36,611 nt of DNA from Chlamydiota bacterium (GTDB lineage Bacteria > Auribacterota > UBA3054 > B51-G9). Position 1 is the stretch's first letter; the number at the start of each line of letters is the position of its first letter. This document shows positions 1 through 8,780 of this stretch, piece after piece. The stretch is taken from assembly GCA_003648225.1 (NCBI GenBank), contig QMOL01000001.1, positions 1 through 36,611 of the forward strand, given 5' to 3'. Made by a program: the position numbers and the translations under genes. The notes below the pieces were generated by a model. The model saw only the letters and a program-made list of their open reading frames with translations, had not been told where the DNA came from and did no database searches.

Positions 1-192
1 AAGATTGACAGCTCAAAAATTAATGTTATTGCCGAATTTGGCGGGACGACAAATTCTACGAGAACAATAATCAGTAAAATTCATAAGTTATCTGAATTTG
101 CCTGGCAGCGTGGAGTTCATTTCAGCATTCAGACGAAAGCATGTAATAATCCTGTTGATTATAAAATCAAAGATTTTTCTTTTAAATTTTGA
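1..192 (+). CDS. 3' end of a hypothetical protein (5'-truncated by the window)
   Basis: Frame +1 is open from base 1 (KIDSSKINVIAEFGG...YKIKDFSFKF) to TGA at 190-192 and is followed by a terminator-like hairpin. Not in the ORF track because it has no start. Confidence 0.6.
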   Translation, partial: KIDSSKINVIAEFGGTTNSTRTIISKIHKLSEFAWQRGVHFSIQTKACNNPVDYKIKDFSFKF

Positions 193-227
193 CAAATATG
201 ATTTTGTGAATATTTTTATCGACCAAA

Positions 228-261
228 AAAAAGCCGGAATATCTAAGTATTCCGGCTTTTT
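228..261. terminator. Bidirectional intrinsic terminator
   Basis: AAAAAGCCGGAATA-tctaag-TATTCCGGCTTTTT, a perfect inverted repeat with A and T tracts between convergent genes. Confidence 0.85.
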
Positions 262-281
262 AAAAATTCTCAGAGAATTTC

Positions 282-995
282 TTACCACTTAACTGTTTCT
301 TCGCCATCGATCAAGCCTTTAAGTCTTAGATCGACCATTTCTTTTTTATTTTTTCCGCGTTTTCTTACTTTTTGGCGAAGTTGTTTTGTTTTTTTCTCAA
401 GGTTGCTAATTTCTTTTTCTCTGAATTCCTGAGTAACATCAAATGCTCTTCCGATAAGATCTCTCATTTGTTGTTTTAATTCTTTTTTCTTATCAGCATC
501 TTTGCATTTTTTGAATTTTTGATTAAGGCCGTAAACCTGTTTTTTTATTTTCTTCATTTCCTGCATTCTTTTAAATGCTTCAGGATTTTCTTTTTCAAAC
601 TGTTTTTTGTATCGTTTATGAATTTCCTTTCTAAATGCTCCAGGATTTTCTTTACGCAGTTTCATCAACCGTTCAAATTCTTCCGGATTATTTCCTCGTA
701 ATTTCCGGATTTTCTTTTCTATTTTTTTCCTCATTTCGCGATGATTTTTTTCTCCCCTTATAGACGGATGTTGAGGGTGCTTTCTTTCCATCCCGGGACA
801 TCCTTTATGCTCGCGACCTTCTTTCATCCATGGAGGCCTGCCTTGCTGCCTCCCTTTTGGCGGAGGCGGGGGATTACCTTTTTCCATCCAAGGTGGTCCG
901 CCATGCCCGTCATTATCATTTCCCTTCGGAGTTGCGAGAACAAAACCGGTAAGAATAATTGATAAAGCAGCTGAGATAATTATTAATTTTTTCAT
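282..995 (-). CDS. Exported, highly charged alpha-helical protein, ECF-associated (Spy/CpxP-like character)
   Basis: Signal peptide MKKLIIISAALSIILTGFVLA, a Gly/Pro-rich linker, then K/R/E-rich helices with repeated NPEEF/NPGAF/NPEAF motifs. Last gene of the ECF operon. Confidence 0.75.
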   Translation of the reverse strand: MKKLIIISAALSIILTGFVLATPKGNDNDGHGGPPWMEKGNPPPPPKGRQQGRPPWMKEGREHKGCPGMERKHPQHPSIRGEKNHREMRKKIEKKIRKLRGNNPEEFERLMKLRKENPGAFRKEIHKRYKKQFEKENPEAFKRMQEMKKIKKQVYGLNQKFKKCKDADKKKELKQQMRDLIGRAFDVTQEFREKEISNLEKKTKQLRQKVRKRGKNKKEMVDLRLKGLIDGEETVKW

Positions 996-1369
996 CTTAT
1001 ATTACCTCCTTTTACTCTTTTATTTCTTAGCTTTTTATTTTTGTTTCTTTGGACTCTTCGCGCTTGCATTTCAGCTCTGAAAGCTTCGGGATCATCTTTT
1101 CTAAGTTTCATAAGACGATTAAATTCCGCTTCGTCACCTTTTGCCATATGTCTAATCCGTTTTTGAATTCTTTCTTCACGTTTTTTTATTTCTTCAGGCG
1201 TCATATTTTTTCTATGGCGTTTTCTTTCTTGTTTTCTTAAAGAATCTCCATTACAGTTCTTCTGTTCAGAATTATATCTGTTTCTGTGTCCCGAACCATT
1301 TCCTGAACGTTTAGCTACAGAGATACTTGTAATCATCATAATTGATAGTAATAAAATAATTGTTTTCAT
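992..1369 (-). CDS. Small exported basic helical protein, partial paralog of 282..995
   Basis: Signal peptide MKTIILLLSIMMITSISVA. EFNRLMKLRKDDPEAFRAEM matches EFERLMKLRKENPGAFRKEI in the neighbour. 4-bp overlap with the downstream gene and GGAAGG upstream of the start. Confidence 0.75.
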   Translation of the reverse strand: MKTIILLLSIMMITSISVAKRSGNGSGHRNRYNSEQKNCNGDSLRKQERKRHRKNMTPEEIKKREERIQKRIRHMAKGDEAEFNRLMKLRKDDPEAFRAEMQARRVQRNKNKKLRNKRVKGGNIR

Positions 1370-1400
1370 AAATACCTTCCTTTTTTTATTTAGTTAATTT

Positions 1401-1868
1401 TTAAAACAAGTAGTTTAACTGCAAGTTGTTTTCAAGACTCGCGATTTCCTCGTTAACCGTTTGCAATCCAACTACTATAACTGCTTCATCTATGTCAACT
1501 CCTGTCTGCTCGAAAAGCGGAGAGAAATCCGGTTCATTTAAAATTAAAACTGTTTCATTAACAATATTATTTAAGTCATTTGAAGCTTGATATCGATCAT
1601 AAGTTCCGCGACCGGTATTTCCGAGCCATACGCAAGTGGCGATCAATAGCGATGCCGCAGCACTCCACAAAGCGTATGAATACCGGCTGCGGACAAACAA
1701 TGTTGCACGTTGAAAAACGGATTGAGAGTGATTTCGGGAAGCTGCTGCCTGTTCGCGGGCCATTTCATAGATATTATTTCTAATTTCTTTTGATGGGCGT
1801 GATAATGTAGCAATGATATTATCATCCCAGGGATCACTTTTCCATATTTTTTTATTATCAGTTTTCAT
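1401..1868 (-). CDS. Putative single-pass membrane anti-sigma factor
   Basis: Directly downstream of the ECF sigma gene. Short cytoplasmic N-terminus, one TM helix (YALWSAAASLLIATCVWL) and a C-terminal extracytoplasmic part. Confidence 0.7.
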   Translation of the reverse strand: MKTDNKKIWKSDPWDDNIIATLSRPSKEIRNNIYEMAREQAAASRNHSQSVFQRATLFVRSRYSYALWSAAASLLIATCVWLGNTGRGTYDRYQASNDLNNIVNETVLILNEPDFSPLFEQTGVDIDEAVIVVGLQTVNEEIASLENNLQLNYLF

Positions 1869-1901
1869 TTTTAATTTTCGTTATTTTTTGTTCTAAATAT
1901 A

Positions 1902-1929
1902 ATGACGCAATATAAAAAAATTTATTGTA
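1902..1929 (-). promoter_or_regulatory. Putative ECF-dependent promoter, copy 2 (TACAATAAA-N11-TGCGTCAT)
   Basis: Same bipartite motif and spacing as at 2514-2541. CGTC is a typical ECF -10 core. Confidence 0.65.
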
Positions 1930-1931
1930 AA

Positions 1932-2501
1932 TTAGTATTCGTCCATTAATTCATTTCTAATTTTTTTTATCGCGTAGTGCATCCGCCCGAGAATTGTATT
2001 TAAAGAGTCTCCTGTCATTTCGGCAATTTCTTTAAATTTCAAACCGGCATCACAGCGAAGTAAAAAAACTTCTTTTTGTTTTTCGGGAAGATTTTCCGCA
2101 ACTTTCCGAATTTTATCAATCATCTCTTTTGTAGATAATTGCTCAACGATATCCGGTGCGGGATCGGAAAGGATATCATGATATGTAATTTTTTTATTTT
2201 CATCGATTGTTTCGTCTATACTTACATTAAACTTTCCTACTGTTTTTCTTGTATAGTCAATAACTTTATGATGAGCGATTGTGTAGAGCCAATTTTTGAA
2301 TGAGCCTTTGAAAGCAAATTTCGGGAGTTTTTTAATTACCTGTGTCCAGATTTCCTGAAAAATATCTTCTGATGTTTCTTTATGGCGAATCATTGAATTT
2401 ACATAAAAAAATAACTGCCGTTCATAACGGCAGTAAATCCTGTGAAAAGCCGGCATACTTCCTTTCAGGAATTCTCTAATGTCATCGTAATCTTGTTTCA
2501 T
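1932..2501 (-). CDS. ECF-type RNA polymerase sigma-70 factor
   Basis: Region 2 (SEDIFQEIW...SFKNWLYTIAHHKVIDY) and region 4 (LPEKQKEVFLLR...LKFKEIAEMTGDSLNTILGRMHYA), 189 aa. Confidence 0.95.
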   Translation of the reverse strand: MKQDYDDIREFLKGSMPAFHRIYCRYERQLFFYVNSMIRHKETSEDIFQEIWTQVIKKLPKFAFKGSFKNWLYTIAHHKVIDYTRKTVGKFNVSIDETIDENKKITYHDILSDPAPDIVEQLSTKEMIDKIRKVAENLPEKQKEVFLLRCDAGLKFKEIAEMTGDSLNTILGRMHYAIKKIRNELMDEY

Positions 2502-2513
2502 TTTATATTACTT

Positions 2514-2541
2514 ATGACGCACATTTTATTTTTTTATTGTA
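2514..2541 (-). promoter_or_regulatory. Putative autoregulatory ECF promoter, copy 1 (TACAATAAA-N11-TGCGTCAT)
   Basis: Ends 12 nt before the sigma ATG and is duplicated upstream of the anti-sigma gene. Confidence 0.65.
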
Positions 2542-2545
2542 TGGA

Positions 2546-4483
2546 TTAAAATTTCCATTCCTTCAGTAATTTCCCGGTTGGTGTTTCGATGCGAATCCAA
2601 TCGAATAAAGCTGTATTTTCACCATTGCCCGGATTATCACCGGGATCAATTCTAATTTCATTCAGGTTTTGTTTTCGCGGGATTTTGGGAAGGTCAACAA
2701 TATATTCATGCCATTGTTTATCGTGATTCAAAGCAAAAGATTCGAAATTACCCAGGAAAGATTTGTCTTCTTTTGTATTCCAATAAATTCTTCCGTCTCC
2801 TCCAACATCAGCTTTCATTTGGAAATGAAGTTTAATCGGTCCGGTGCATTGCGGAACATTTTTGGTGACAAAATACGGGTCTGCTCCTGTAACTTTCACT
2901 TCAAGTTGACCGTCAGCCGCGTGTAATTCACAGCTGTGCTGTGCCTGCCAGCCATGCACAGGTTTTGAAATAACAGGAGGTGGCTGAACATAATCAGGGT
3001 CATATTTTGGATTTGCTATTGGGACAATAGCGTTAGTTTTTTTCAAATGCCGAACGATCAATTTATCGAGCTTTCTTACAATTTCGGGATATTTTTTTGC
3101 AAGATTATTTTTTTCACCGATATCTTTTTTCAAATTGTAAAGTTCATATCTGTCTGTTTGGTCAGAATTATCCGCATAAAACTTAATCAATTTCCAATCA
3201 CCTTTACGCACACTTGTTGAAGCAATATTTTTTGTTGCCGAAACTGTATGCGGGAAATGGCAAAATATTTCTTCGTGTACTTTTTTACTTTTCCCTTTTA
3301 AGAAAGACACTAAATCAATACCGTCTATAATTTGATTCGGCTTCGGTTTTACACCTGCCATATCAAGAATTGTCGGATAAAAGTCTACACTTGAAATCAT
3401 CACATCGCTTACCGTGTCCGGTTTAACAACTCCAGGCCAAACAACAATCATAGGCACCCGGGTTCCACCTTCATAAATAGTAGCTTTTCCACCCCGCAAA
3501 GGATAATTACTTGTGGGAGTAGTTCCATTAACGGTGTCGTACATATTGCCGCCATTATCGGAGAAGAAAATGATAATGGTTTCATTTTCAATTCCGAGTT
3601 TTTTTACATTATCGAGAATCTCCCCTACACAGTTATCAAGAGTTTCTATCATTGATCCCATAGTAGGGCAATTTTGCGCGTCGTCGATTTCAATTTTCTT
3701 TTCATATTTATTAATAAGTTTTTCTTTTCCTTGATAAGGGGCATGAACATCAAAATTCCAGAAGTTCAAAAAGAACGGTTTGTCTTTCTTAACGTTTTTT
3801 TTCATAAAAGATATTGCACTTTCCGTAAGACGTTCATCTATCTGCTCGCCTTTCGGGCCATCTTTAAATCCGCTTCTTTCCATGTGATAAGGCGAAAAAT
3901 AACTTGGAGGACCCGGATAAGAACCTCCCGGTTCATTTACGTCAAAGCCTTGATTCGGCGGCTCAAAAGGCTTCCATCCCAAATGCCACTTCCCGAATAA
4001 AGCAGTTGCATAACCGACAGATTTAAGCGCTTCACCGGTTGTATAATATTCAAGCTGCAAACGGGTTTTAGTTACAGGTTCAAGACGTTTGGATGTTGGG
4101 GGAGCCGAAGTTTGAAGAAAAGTGTTTGTTCGAACTGTATCCACATGACAAGCCGGGGTTGTTAAGCCGATACGGCACGGATACTGCCCGGTAATAATGC
4201 TTGCTCGTGTGGGAGAGCAGAGAGGATTTGCGGCATAAGCTGAGGTAAACCTCATACCCATTTTTGCTAATTTTTCGATATTTGGTGTTTCGTAAAATCT
4301 GCTTCCATAAGGAGTTGAATCCATCCACCCCATATCATCAGCGAGTATAAAAATAATATTTGGCTTGCGTTTTTTATTTATTTTCGACAAAGCTAAAAGC
4401 GGAGAAGCGAAAAGGCTTGCCGCGGCGCATTTACCTATAGTTTTAATAAAATTTCTTCTATCGTATGTTTTTTTATTTTTCAT
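2546..4483 (-). CDS. Tat-exported Cys-type (formylglycine) sulfatase with C-terminal beta-sandwich extension
   Basis: Twin-arginine signal DRRNFIK, PNIIFILADDMG, CSPTRASIITG (CxPxR), GKWHLG, SDNGG and ELYNL, plus about 140 extra C-terminal residues ending IRIDP...FDWIRI. Confidence 0.93.
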   Translation of the reverse strand: MKNKKTYDRRNFIKTIGKCAAASLFASPLLALSKINKKRKPNIIFILADDMGWMDSTPYGSRFYETPNIEKLAKMGMRFTSAYAANPLCSPTRASIITGQYPCRIGLTTPACHVDTVRTNTFLQTSAPPTSKRLEPVTKTRLQLEYYTTGEALKSVGYATALFGKWHLGWKPFEPPNQGFDVNEPGGSYPGPPSYFSPYHMERSGFKDGPKGEQIDERLTESAISFMKKNVKKDKPFFLNFWNFDVHAPYQGKEKLINKYEKKIEIDDAQNCPTMGSMIETLDNCVGEILDNVKKLGIENETIIIFFSDNGGNMYDTVNGTTPTSNYPLRGGKATIYEGGTRVPMIVVWPGVVKPDTVSDVMISSVDFYPTILDMAGVKPKPNQIIDGIDLVSFLKGKSKKVHEEIFCHFPHTVSATKNIASTSVRKGDWKLIKFYADNSDQTDRYELYNLKKDIGEKNNLAKKYPEIVRKLDKLIVRHLKKTNAIVPIANPKYDPDYVQPPPVISKPVHGWQAQHSCELHAADGQLEVKVTGADPYFVTKNVPQCTGPIKLHFQMKADVGGDGRIYWNTKEDKSFLGNFESFALNHDKQWHEYIVDLPKIPRKQNLNEIRIDPGDNPGNGENTALFDWIRIETPTGKLLKEWKF

Positions 4484-4528
4484 AACAATATTTTAAAATC
4501 AAATTATCTTATTAATAAAACAGGTGGC

Positions 4529-5101
4529 TTATTTAAGAGAAACAGGCGGTCCAAGGATTTCCGATATAATTACTCCGTAACGTAAATCATCTCTGCTCAT
4601 CTTTTGGAATTTTTTAAGGAAAGGAGATGTTTGTTCAGAAATTTCTGCTGCGGTATGGATGTTCGGATTGAAACCTTTAATATCATCCGGCAGGGAAGGA
4701 TCACTCACTTTAAAATTTTTAATATTTGTTTTAAAACGCGGTAATTCTTCATTTTTTGGCTCAATGCTGTGCCGGGCCGTTTTATGAATTTCCTGCTTAT
4801 GGGTTTTTGACGGCAAACGTTCTCGTTCCGGCGTTAAGGGCGATAGTTTATCGCCGAATATTTCTGCGAGCACATCCTCAACTTTCTTTTGCAACTTAGG
4901 TTTTTCCTGATAATTTACAATAGGTTTACGATTAACACGTTTTGCTGCTTTAAGTTTATTTCTTTGGGTGTCAGGTCTTCGTGGCGGAGTTATTCCCTCC
5001 GCCTTCTTGGATTTTGCGAAAGCTTTAATAATCGGTGGAAGCAAAACAAATCCCAAAACCAAGACAACTTTTAGAATATCAATTAAAGATTTTTTGTCCA
5101 T
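4529..5101 (-). CDS. Membrane-anchored hypothetical protein associated with FloA (YqfB-like position)
   Basis: N-terminal TM, disordered charged middle and C-terminal DLRYGVIISEILGPPVSL motif. Abuts floA. Confidence 0.7.
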   Translation of the reverse strand: MDKKSLIDILKVVLVLGFVLLPPIIKAFAKSKKAEGITPPRRPDTQRNKLKAAKRVNRKPIVNYQEKPKLQKKVEDVLAEIFGDKLSPLTPERERLPSKTHKQEIHKTARHSIEPKNEELPRFKTNIKNFKVSDPSLPDDIKGFNPNIHTAAEISEQTSPFLKKFQKMSRDDLRYGVIISEILGPPVSLK

Positions 5102-6118
5102 TTATTTAGTATGACCGGATTGTCCCGTGCTGCCTGTTCCGGCAATATTGTTACGCATTGAAGTATCAGCATTAATATTTTTCATTTTATAATAATCCAT
5201 TATCCCCAAATTACCGCTGCGAAACGCTTCTGCCATCGCTTTTGGCACTTCAGCTTCCGCTTCGACAACTTTTGCTCTCATTTCCTGAACTCTTGCTTTC
5301 ATTTCCTGTTCTGCCGCGACGGCCATTGCTCTTCGTTCCTCAGCTTTTGCCTGTGCGACTCGTTTATCAGCTTCCGCCTGGTCGGCTTGCAATCTCGCGC
5401 CGATATTTTCACCTACATCGATATCTGCAATATCAATTGAAAGGATTTCAAATGCCGTACCTGCATCGAGACCTTTACTGAGAACTTTTTTAGAGATAGA
5501 GTCAGGATTTTCAAGTACTTTTTTGTGCGTCAGCGCGGAACCGATTGTTGTAACTATTCCCTCGCCAACGCGGGCAATAATTGTTTCTTCGGTTGCTCCA
5601 CCGACAAGTTGGTCAAGATTTGTGCGAACAGTTACACGGGCTTTCGCTTTAAGCTGAATACCGTCCATAGCGACAGCATCAACGGTTGTGCGACCTTTTG
5701 TCGGGTCAGGCGCGTCAATGACTTTTGGATTTACCGAAGTCTGCACCGCACCGAAAATATCACGACCGGCAAGGTCAATCCCCGATGCTTGTTTAAAATC
5801 CAGATGAATATTCGCTTTATCGGCGGCAATGAGCGCGCGCACAACATTCATAACATCGCCACCTGCAAGGTAGAGGGATTCCAATTCTTCAGTAGAGACG
5901 GAAAGGCCTGCTTTAATTGCGGCTATTTTAGTGTTAACAATAACGCCTGCGTTAACTTTTCTGAGCCACATACCGATTAAGCTGGTCATTGTAATATTAG
6001 CTTTTGATGCCAAAGCCTGCACATAAATTTTGATGAATTTAAGAATAAAGATAAGAAAAACAATAGCTGCGATTATAACTACAATTAGTATAAGCGTTGT
6101 GATTCCGCTTGATTTCAT
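5102..6118 (-). CDS. floA: Flotillin-like protein FloA (YqfA/UPF0365)
   Basis: [62 protein letters not shown] and GNLGIMDYY signatures. Confidence 0.95.
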   Translation of the reverse strand: MKSSGITTLILIVVIIAAIVFLIFILKFIKIYVQALASKANITMTSLIGMWLRKVNAGVIVNTKIAAIKAGLSVSTEELESLYLAGGDVMNVVRALIAADKANIHLDFKQASGIDLAGRDIFGAVQTSVNPKVIDAPDPTKGRTTVDAVAMDGIQLKAKARVTVRTNLDQLVGGATEETIIARVGEGIVTTIGSALTHKKVLENPDSISKKVLSKGLDAGTAFEILSIDIADIDVGENIGARLQADQAEADKRVAQAKAEERRAMAVAAEQEMKARVQEMRAKVVEAEAEVPKAMAEAFRSGNLGIMDYYKMKNINADTSMRNNIAGTGSTGQSGHTK

Positions 6119-6176
6119 AACACACCTCTTTGGTAGAAGTTATTAAATTTACGATAATAAACTGTTCGAGTGTAAT

Positions 6177-6205
6177 ATGATACCCAACATATTGTTTTCT
6201 GTCAA
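6177..6205 (-). promoter_or_regulatory. Sigma-70-type promoter for floA
   Basis: TTGACA-N17-TATCAT on the minus strand. Confidence 0.6.
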
Positions 6206-6217
6206 GTCAAATACAAT

Positions 6218-6246
6218 TTGATAATTTTTATGCTTTATGGTAAAAT
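6218..6246 (+). promoter_or_regulatory. Sigma-70-type promoter for frr
   Basis: TTGATA-N17-TAAAAT with a TGn extension, back-to-back with the floA promoter. Confidence 0.55.
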
Positions 6247-6291
6247 TTACAGGTAATTAACCCTGATTTTTAACTTCAACCCGGAGAAAAT

Positions 6292-6852
6292 ATGCCTTAC
6301 CGTATAATTATCAGCAAAGCAAAAGATAAAATGAACCACTCAATCGAACACCTTCATCATGAATTTAACGGTATTAGAACAGGCAAAGCATCGCCTACTC
6401 TCGTAGAAGATATTCGCGTGGAAGCATACGGAAGCAATATGCCTCTCAAGGAAATGGCGGGAATTTCCACACCTGAATCACGTCTTATTCTAATTCAGCC
6501 ATGGGATCAAAATACAGTACCCGCAATTGTAAAAGCTATTCAATCATCAAGTCTCGGTATCACTCCGGTTGATGATGGCAGAGTTGTCCGTGTTCCGATT
6601 CCCGAATTAGATGAAGAGCGACGCAAAGAACTTGATAAACATGTTAAACATATGGCTGAAGAAGCACGAGTTGTAATTAGAAACATCAGGCGGGAAAAAA
6701 ATGAGAAATTGAAAAATATGAAGAAAAACGGTGAACTCACCGAAGATGACCTTCGCGACAGCGAAAAGCAGATGCAAAAATTAACTGACGATTTCATTAA
6801 CAAAATTGGCGAAGCTCTTAAACATAAAGAAGAAGAAATTTTCACAATATAA
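6292..6852 (+). CDS. frr: Ribosome recycling factor
   Basis: IRTGKASP, IQPWD, VRVPIPELDEERRKEL, IRNIRR and the KEEEIFTI C-terminus. Confidence 0.97.
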   Translation: MPYRIIISKAKDKMNHSIEHLHHEFNGIRTGKASPTLVEDIRVEAYGSNMPLKEMAGISTPESRLILIQPWDQNTVPAIVKAIQSSSLGITPVDDGRVVRVPIPELDEERRKELDKHVKHMAEEARVVIRNIRREKNEKLKNMKKNGELTEDDLRDSEKQMQKLTDDFINKIGEALKHKEEEIFTI

Positions 6853-6856
6853 ATCA

Positions 6857-8089
6857 ATGAGTGCAAACTATCAATTCAAGTGCATAACCTGCGGGAAATT
6901 TTTTCCGGCGAATAATGCGCCTGAATATGTTTGTCCGGTATGCTCAGAAAAACAGGAAGCCGGGAAATCACTTCTTGGTGTCCTTGAATGTTTGTATGAC
7001 TATGAAGAATACAAATTAAGCCATATAAAAAAAAACGCAGGCACGGAAATAATTTTCCCTCCGGTTGTTTTTCCTCCTTTGAAAGTTGGTAATACCCCAT
7101 TATATTCCTCAGAAATTCTCCGCAAAAAAATCGACATTAAAAATCTTTGGCTGAAAGATGAAACCGTTGAACCTACCGGCTCCTACAAGGACCGTGCATC
7201 ATATCTTGTGGTCGCAATGGCTTGCAAAAAAGGCTATGACAAAATCACCTGCGCGTCAACAGGCAACGCCGCAAGTTCTCTTGCGGGGATTTGCGCTTCC
7301 GCGGGAATCGAAAGTTATATTTTTGTTTCCGCTTCGGCTCCGAGAGCAAAACTTGTTCAACTTGCCGCTTACGGCGCGAATTTATTTCCGATTAACGGGA
7401 ATTACGACACTTGTTTTGAGTTAAGTTTACAGGCGACAGAAAAATTCGGTTGGTATAATAGAAATACCGCTTATAATCCGTGGACGATTGAGGGCAAGAA
7501 AACAGCGGCATGGGAAATTGCCTGTCAGTTGAATTTTGACCTTCCCGACCAGGTTTTTGTTCCAACGGGCGACGGTGTAATTATAAGCGGAATTTATAAA
7601 GGTTTTTTTGATTTACTCCAACTTGGCTGGATAGAAAAAATACCGCAGCTCGTTGCAGTTCAACCGGAAGGTTCTGACGCGATTGTAAAAGCGTTAGCTG
7701 AAGATGAAAAAGAGATTTCAAAAATATTTCGCGATTCCGCTGATTCGGTTGCTGATTCACTTGTAGTTAACGCGCCGCGCAACGCGGAAATGGCGCTAAG
7801 AAGTTTGAAAATGTCCGATGGTTACGGTTTAATCGTTTCTGATGATGAAATTATTAAAGCAATTGCTGAAGTTTCCTCTTCAACAGGGATTTTTGTTGAA
7901 CCGGCCGCGTCAACCGCCTGGGCAGGAATAAAGAAAGCGCGTGAAACCGGTAAAATTTCCGCTGAACAAACCGCGGCGATTTTGCTCACAGGAACAGGAT
8001 TGAAAGATATCGCTTCTGCTGAAAAAGCGACTCAACTCCCCTCTCCCGTTGAGCCGAATTTGGAAGCGGTAGCTTCATGTCTTGCGTGA
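6857..8089 (+). CDS. thrC: Threonine synthase-like PLP enzyme (fold type II) with N-terminal Cys4 zinc ribbon
   Basis: PTGSYKDR (PLP lysine), ASTGNAASS, EGKKT, VPTGDG and LTGTGLKD. Start moved to ATG 6857, 4 nt after the frr stop. Confidence 0.85.
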   Translation: MSANYQFKCITCGKFFPANNAPEYVCPVCSEKQEAGKSLLGVLECLYDYEEYKLSHIKKNAGTEIIFPPVVFPPLKVGNTPLYSSEILRKKIDIKNLWLKDETVEPTGSYKDRASYLVVAMACKKGYDKITCASTGNAASSLAGICASAGIESYIFVSASAPRAKLVQLAAYGANLFPINGNYDTCFELSLQATEKFGWYNRNTAYNPWTIEGKKTAAWEIACQLNFDLPDQVFVPTGDGVIISGIYKGFFDLLQLGWIEKIPQLVAVQPEGSDAIVKALAEDEKEISKIFRDSADSVADSLVVNAPRNAEMALRSLKMSDGYGLIVSDDEIIKAIAEVSSSTGIFVEPAASTAWAGIKKARETGKISAEQTAAILLTGTGLKDIASAEKATQLPSPVEPNLEAVASCLA

Positions 8090-8239
8090 TTAATTATAAA
8101 TCATGCAATGAAATAACGAACTAAAGCGTATTCATCGACATAAAATATTGATTGCTATTAACAAATTTTGTCGAATGAAAATTGTTTTTTACAGTTATTT
8201 GCTAAAAACATGCGAATTTTATTGGTTTTTTAAAAACCG

Positions 8240-8345
8240 TTGGAGGGTCGCCGCGTGACCCGCGTATGCTGGGTTCCCCGGCGACCTAATTGTCGAAGCA
8301 TTTTAATTTACGCAGGTTAGGACGTTGAGGACAACGTCCCTCCAA
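8240..8345. repeat. REPIN-like element (inverted pair of GGAG-hairpin REP-like units)
   Basis: TTGGAGGG...CCCTCCAA termini. Left hairpin GGTCGCCG/CGGCGACC, right hairpin GGACGTTG-agga-CAACGTCC. GC-rich within AT-rich intergenic DNA. Confidence 0.6.
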
Positions 8346-8393
8346 ATGGGGATTTCGCAAACATCCTTTTCGAGTAATCCCTAATTAGTAAAA

Positions 8394-8774
8394 ATGAAAG
8401 TTATTTACCTGATAATTATTTTATTGTTTGCCGGTTGTGTATCATTCAACAAAAAAACGGCAGTCGATGAACAGGTCTTCATTGCCGTTCGTGATGCGGT
8501 TGATAATATCCAGTATCAACGAACTGTTTCCGGATTTGAATATTCTGTAACACCGTATAAAGGCGAGATAAAAACAGAATGGTTTCGAACGCATAAAGGC
8601 GAAGTTAAATTAAGGGTAACGTGTAAAGTAGAAGGAACAAACTACTATGTTACTGTTATCCAAAGAGGATTTTTCCGTAATTCCGAGAATACATATTCGG
8701 CTAAAATATTTAAAGAGAAATTAATAAAAGAAATTAAAAATAATTTATCAACGGTAAAGGAAAATGAAAAGTAA
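8394..8774 (+). CDS. Hypothetical lipoprotein
   Basis: Lipobox LFAG-C after a hydrophobic N-terminus, 126 aa. Confidence 0.75.
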   Translation: MKVIYLIIILLFAGCVSFNKKTAVDEQVFIAVRDAVDNIQYQRTVSGFEYSVTPYKGEIKTEWFRTHKGEVKLRVTCKVEGTNYYVTVIQRGFFRNSENTYSAKIFKEKLIKEIKNNLSTVKENEK

Positions 8775-8780
8775 AAAGCC

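Noticed and set aside
6806..6856. Longer N-terminus for threonine synthase (also guaB 24141-24230 and 20715-20807)
   Set aside because: The extensions overlap upstream genes or promoters, and downstream ATGs fit better.
8131..8179. Imperfect AT-rich inverted repeat after thrC
   Set aside because: Weak stem with a long loop that cannot be distinguished from chance or a weak terminator.
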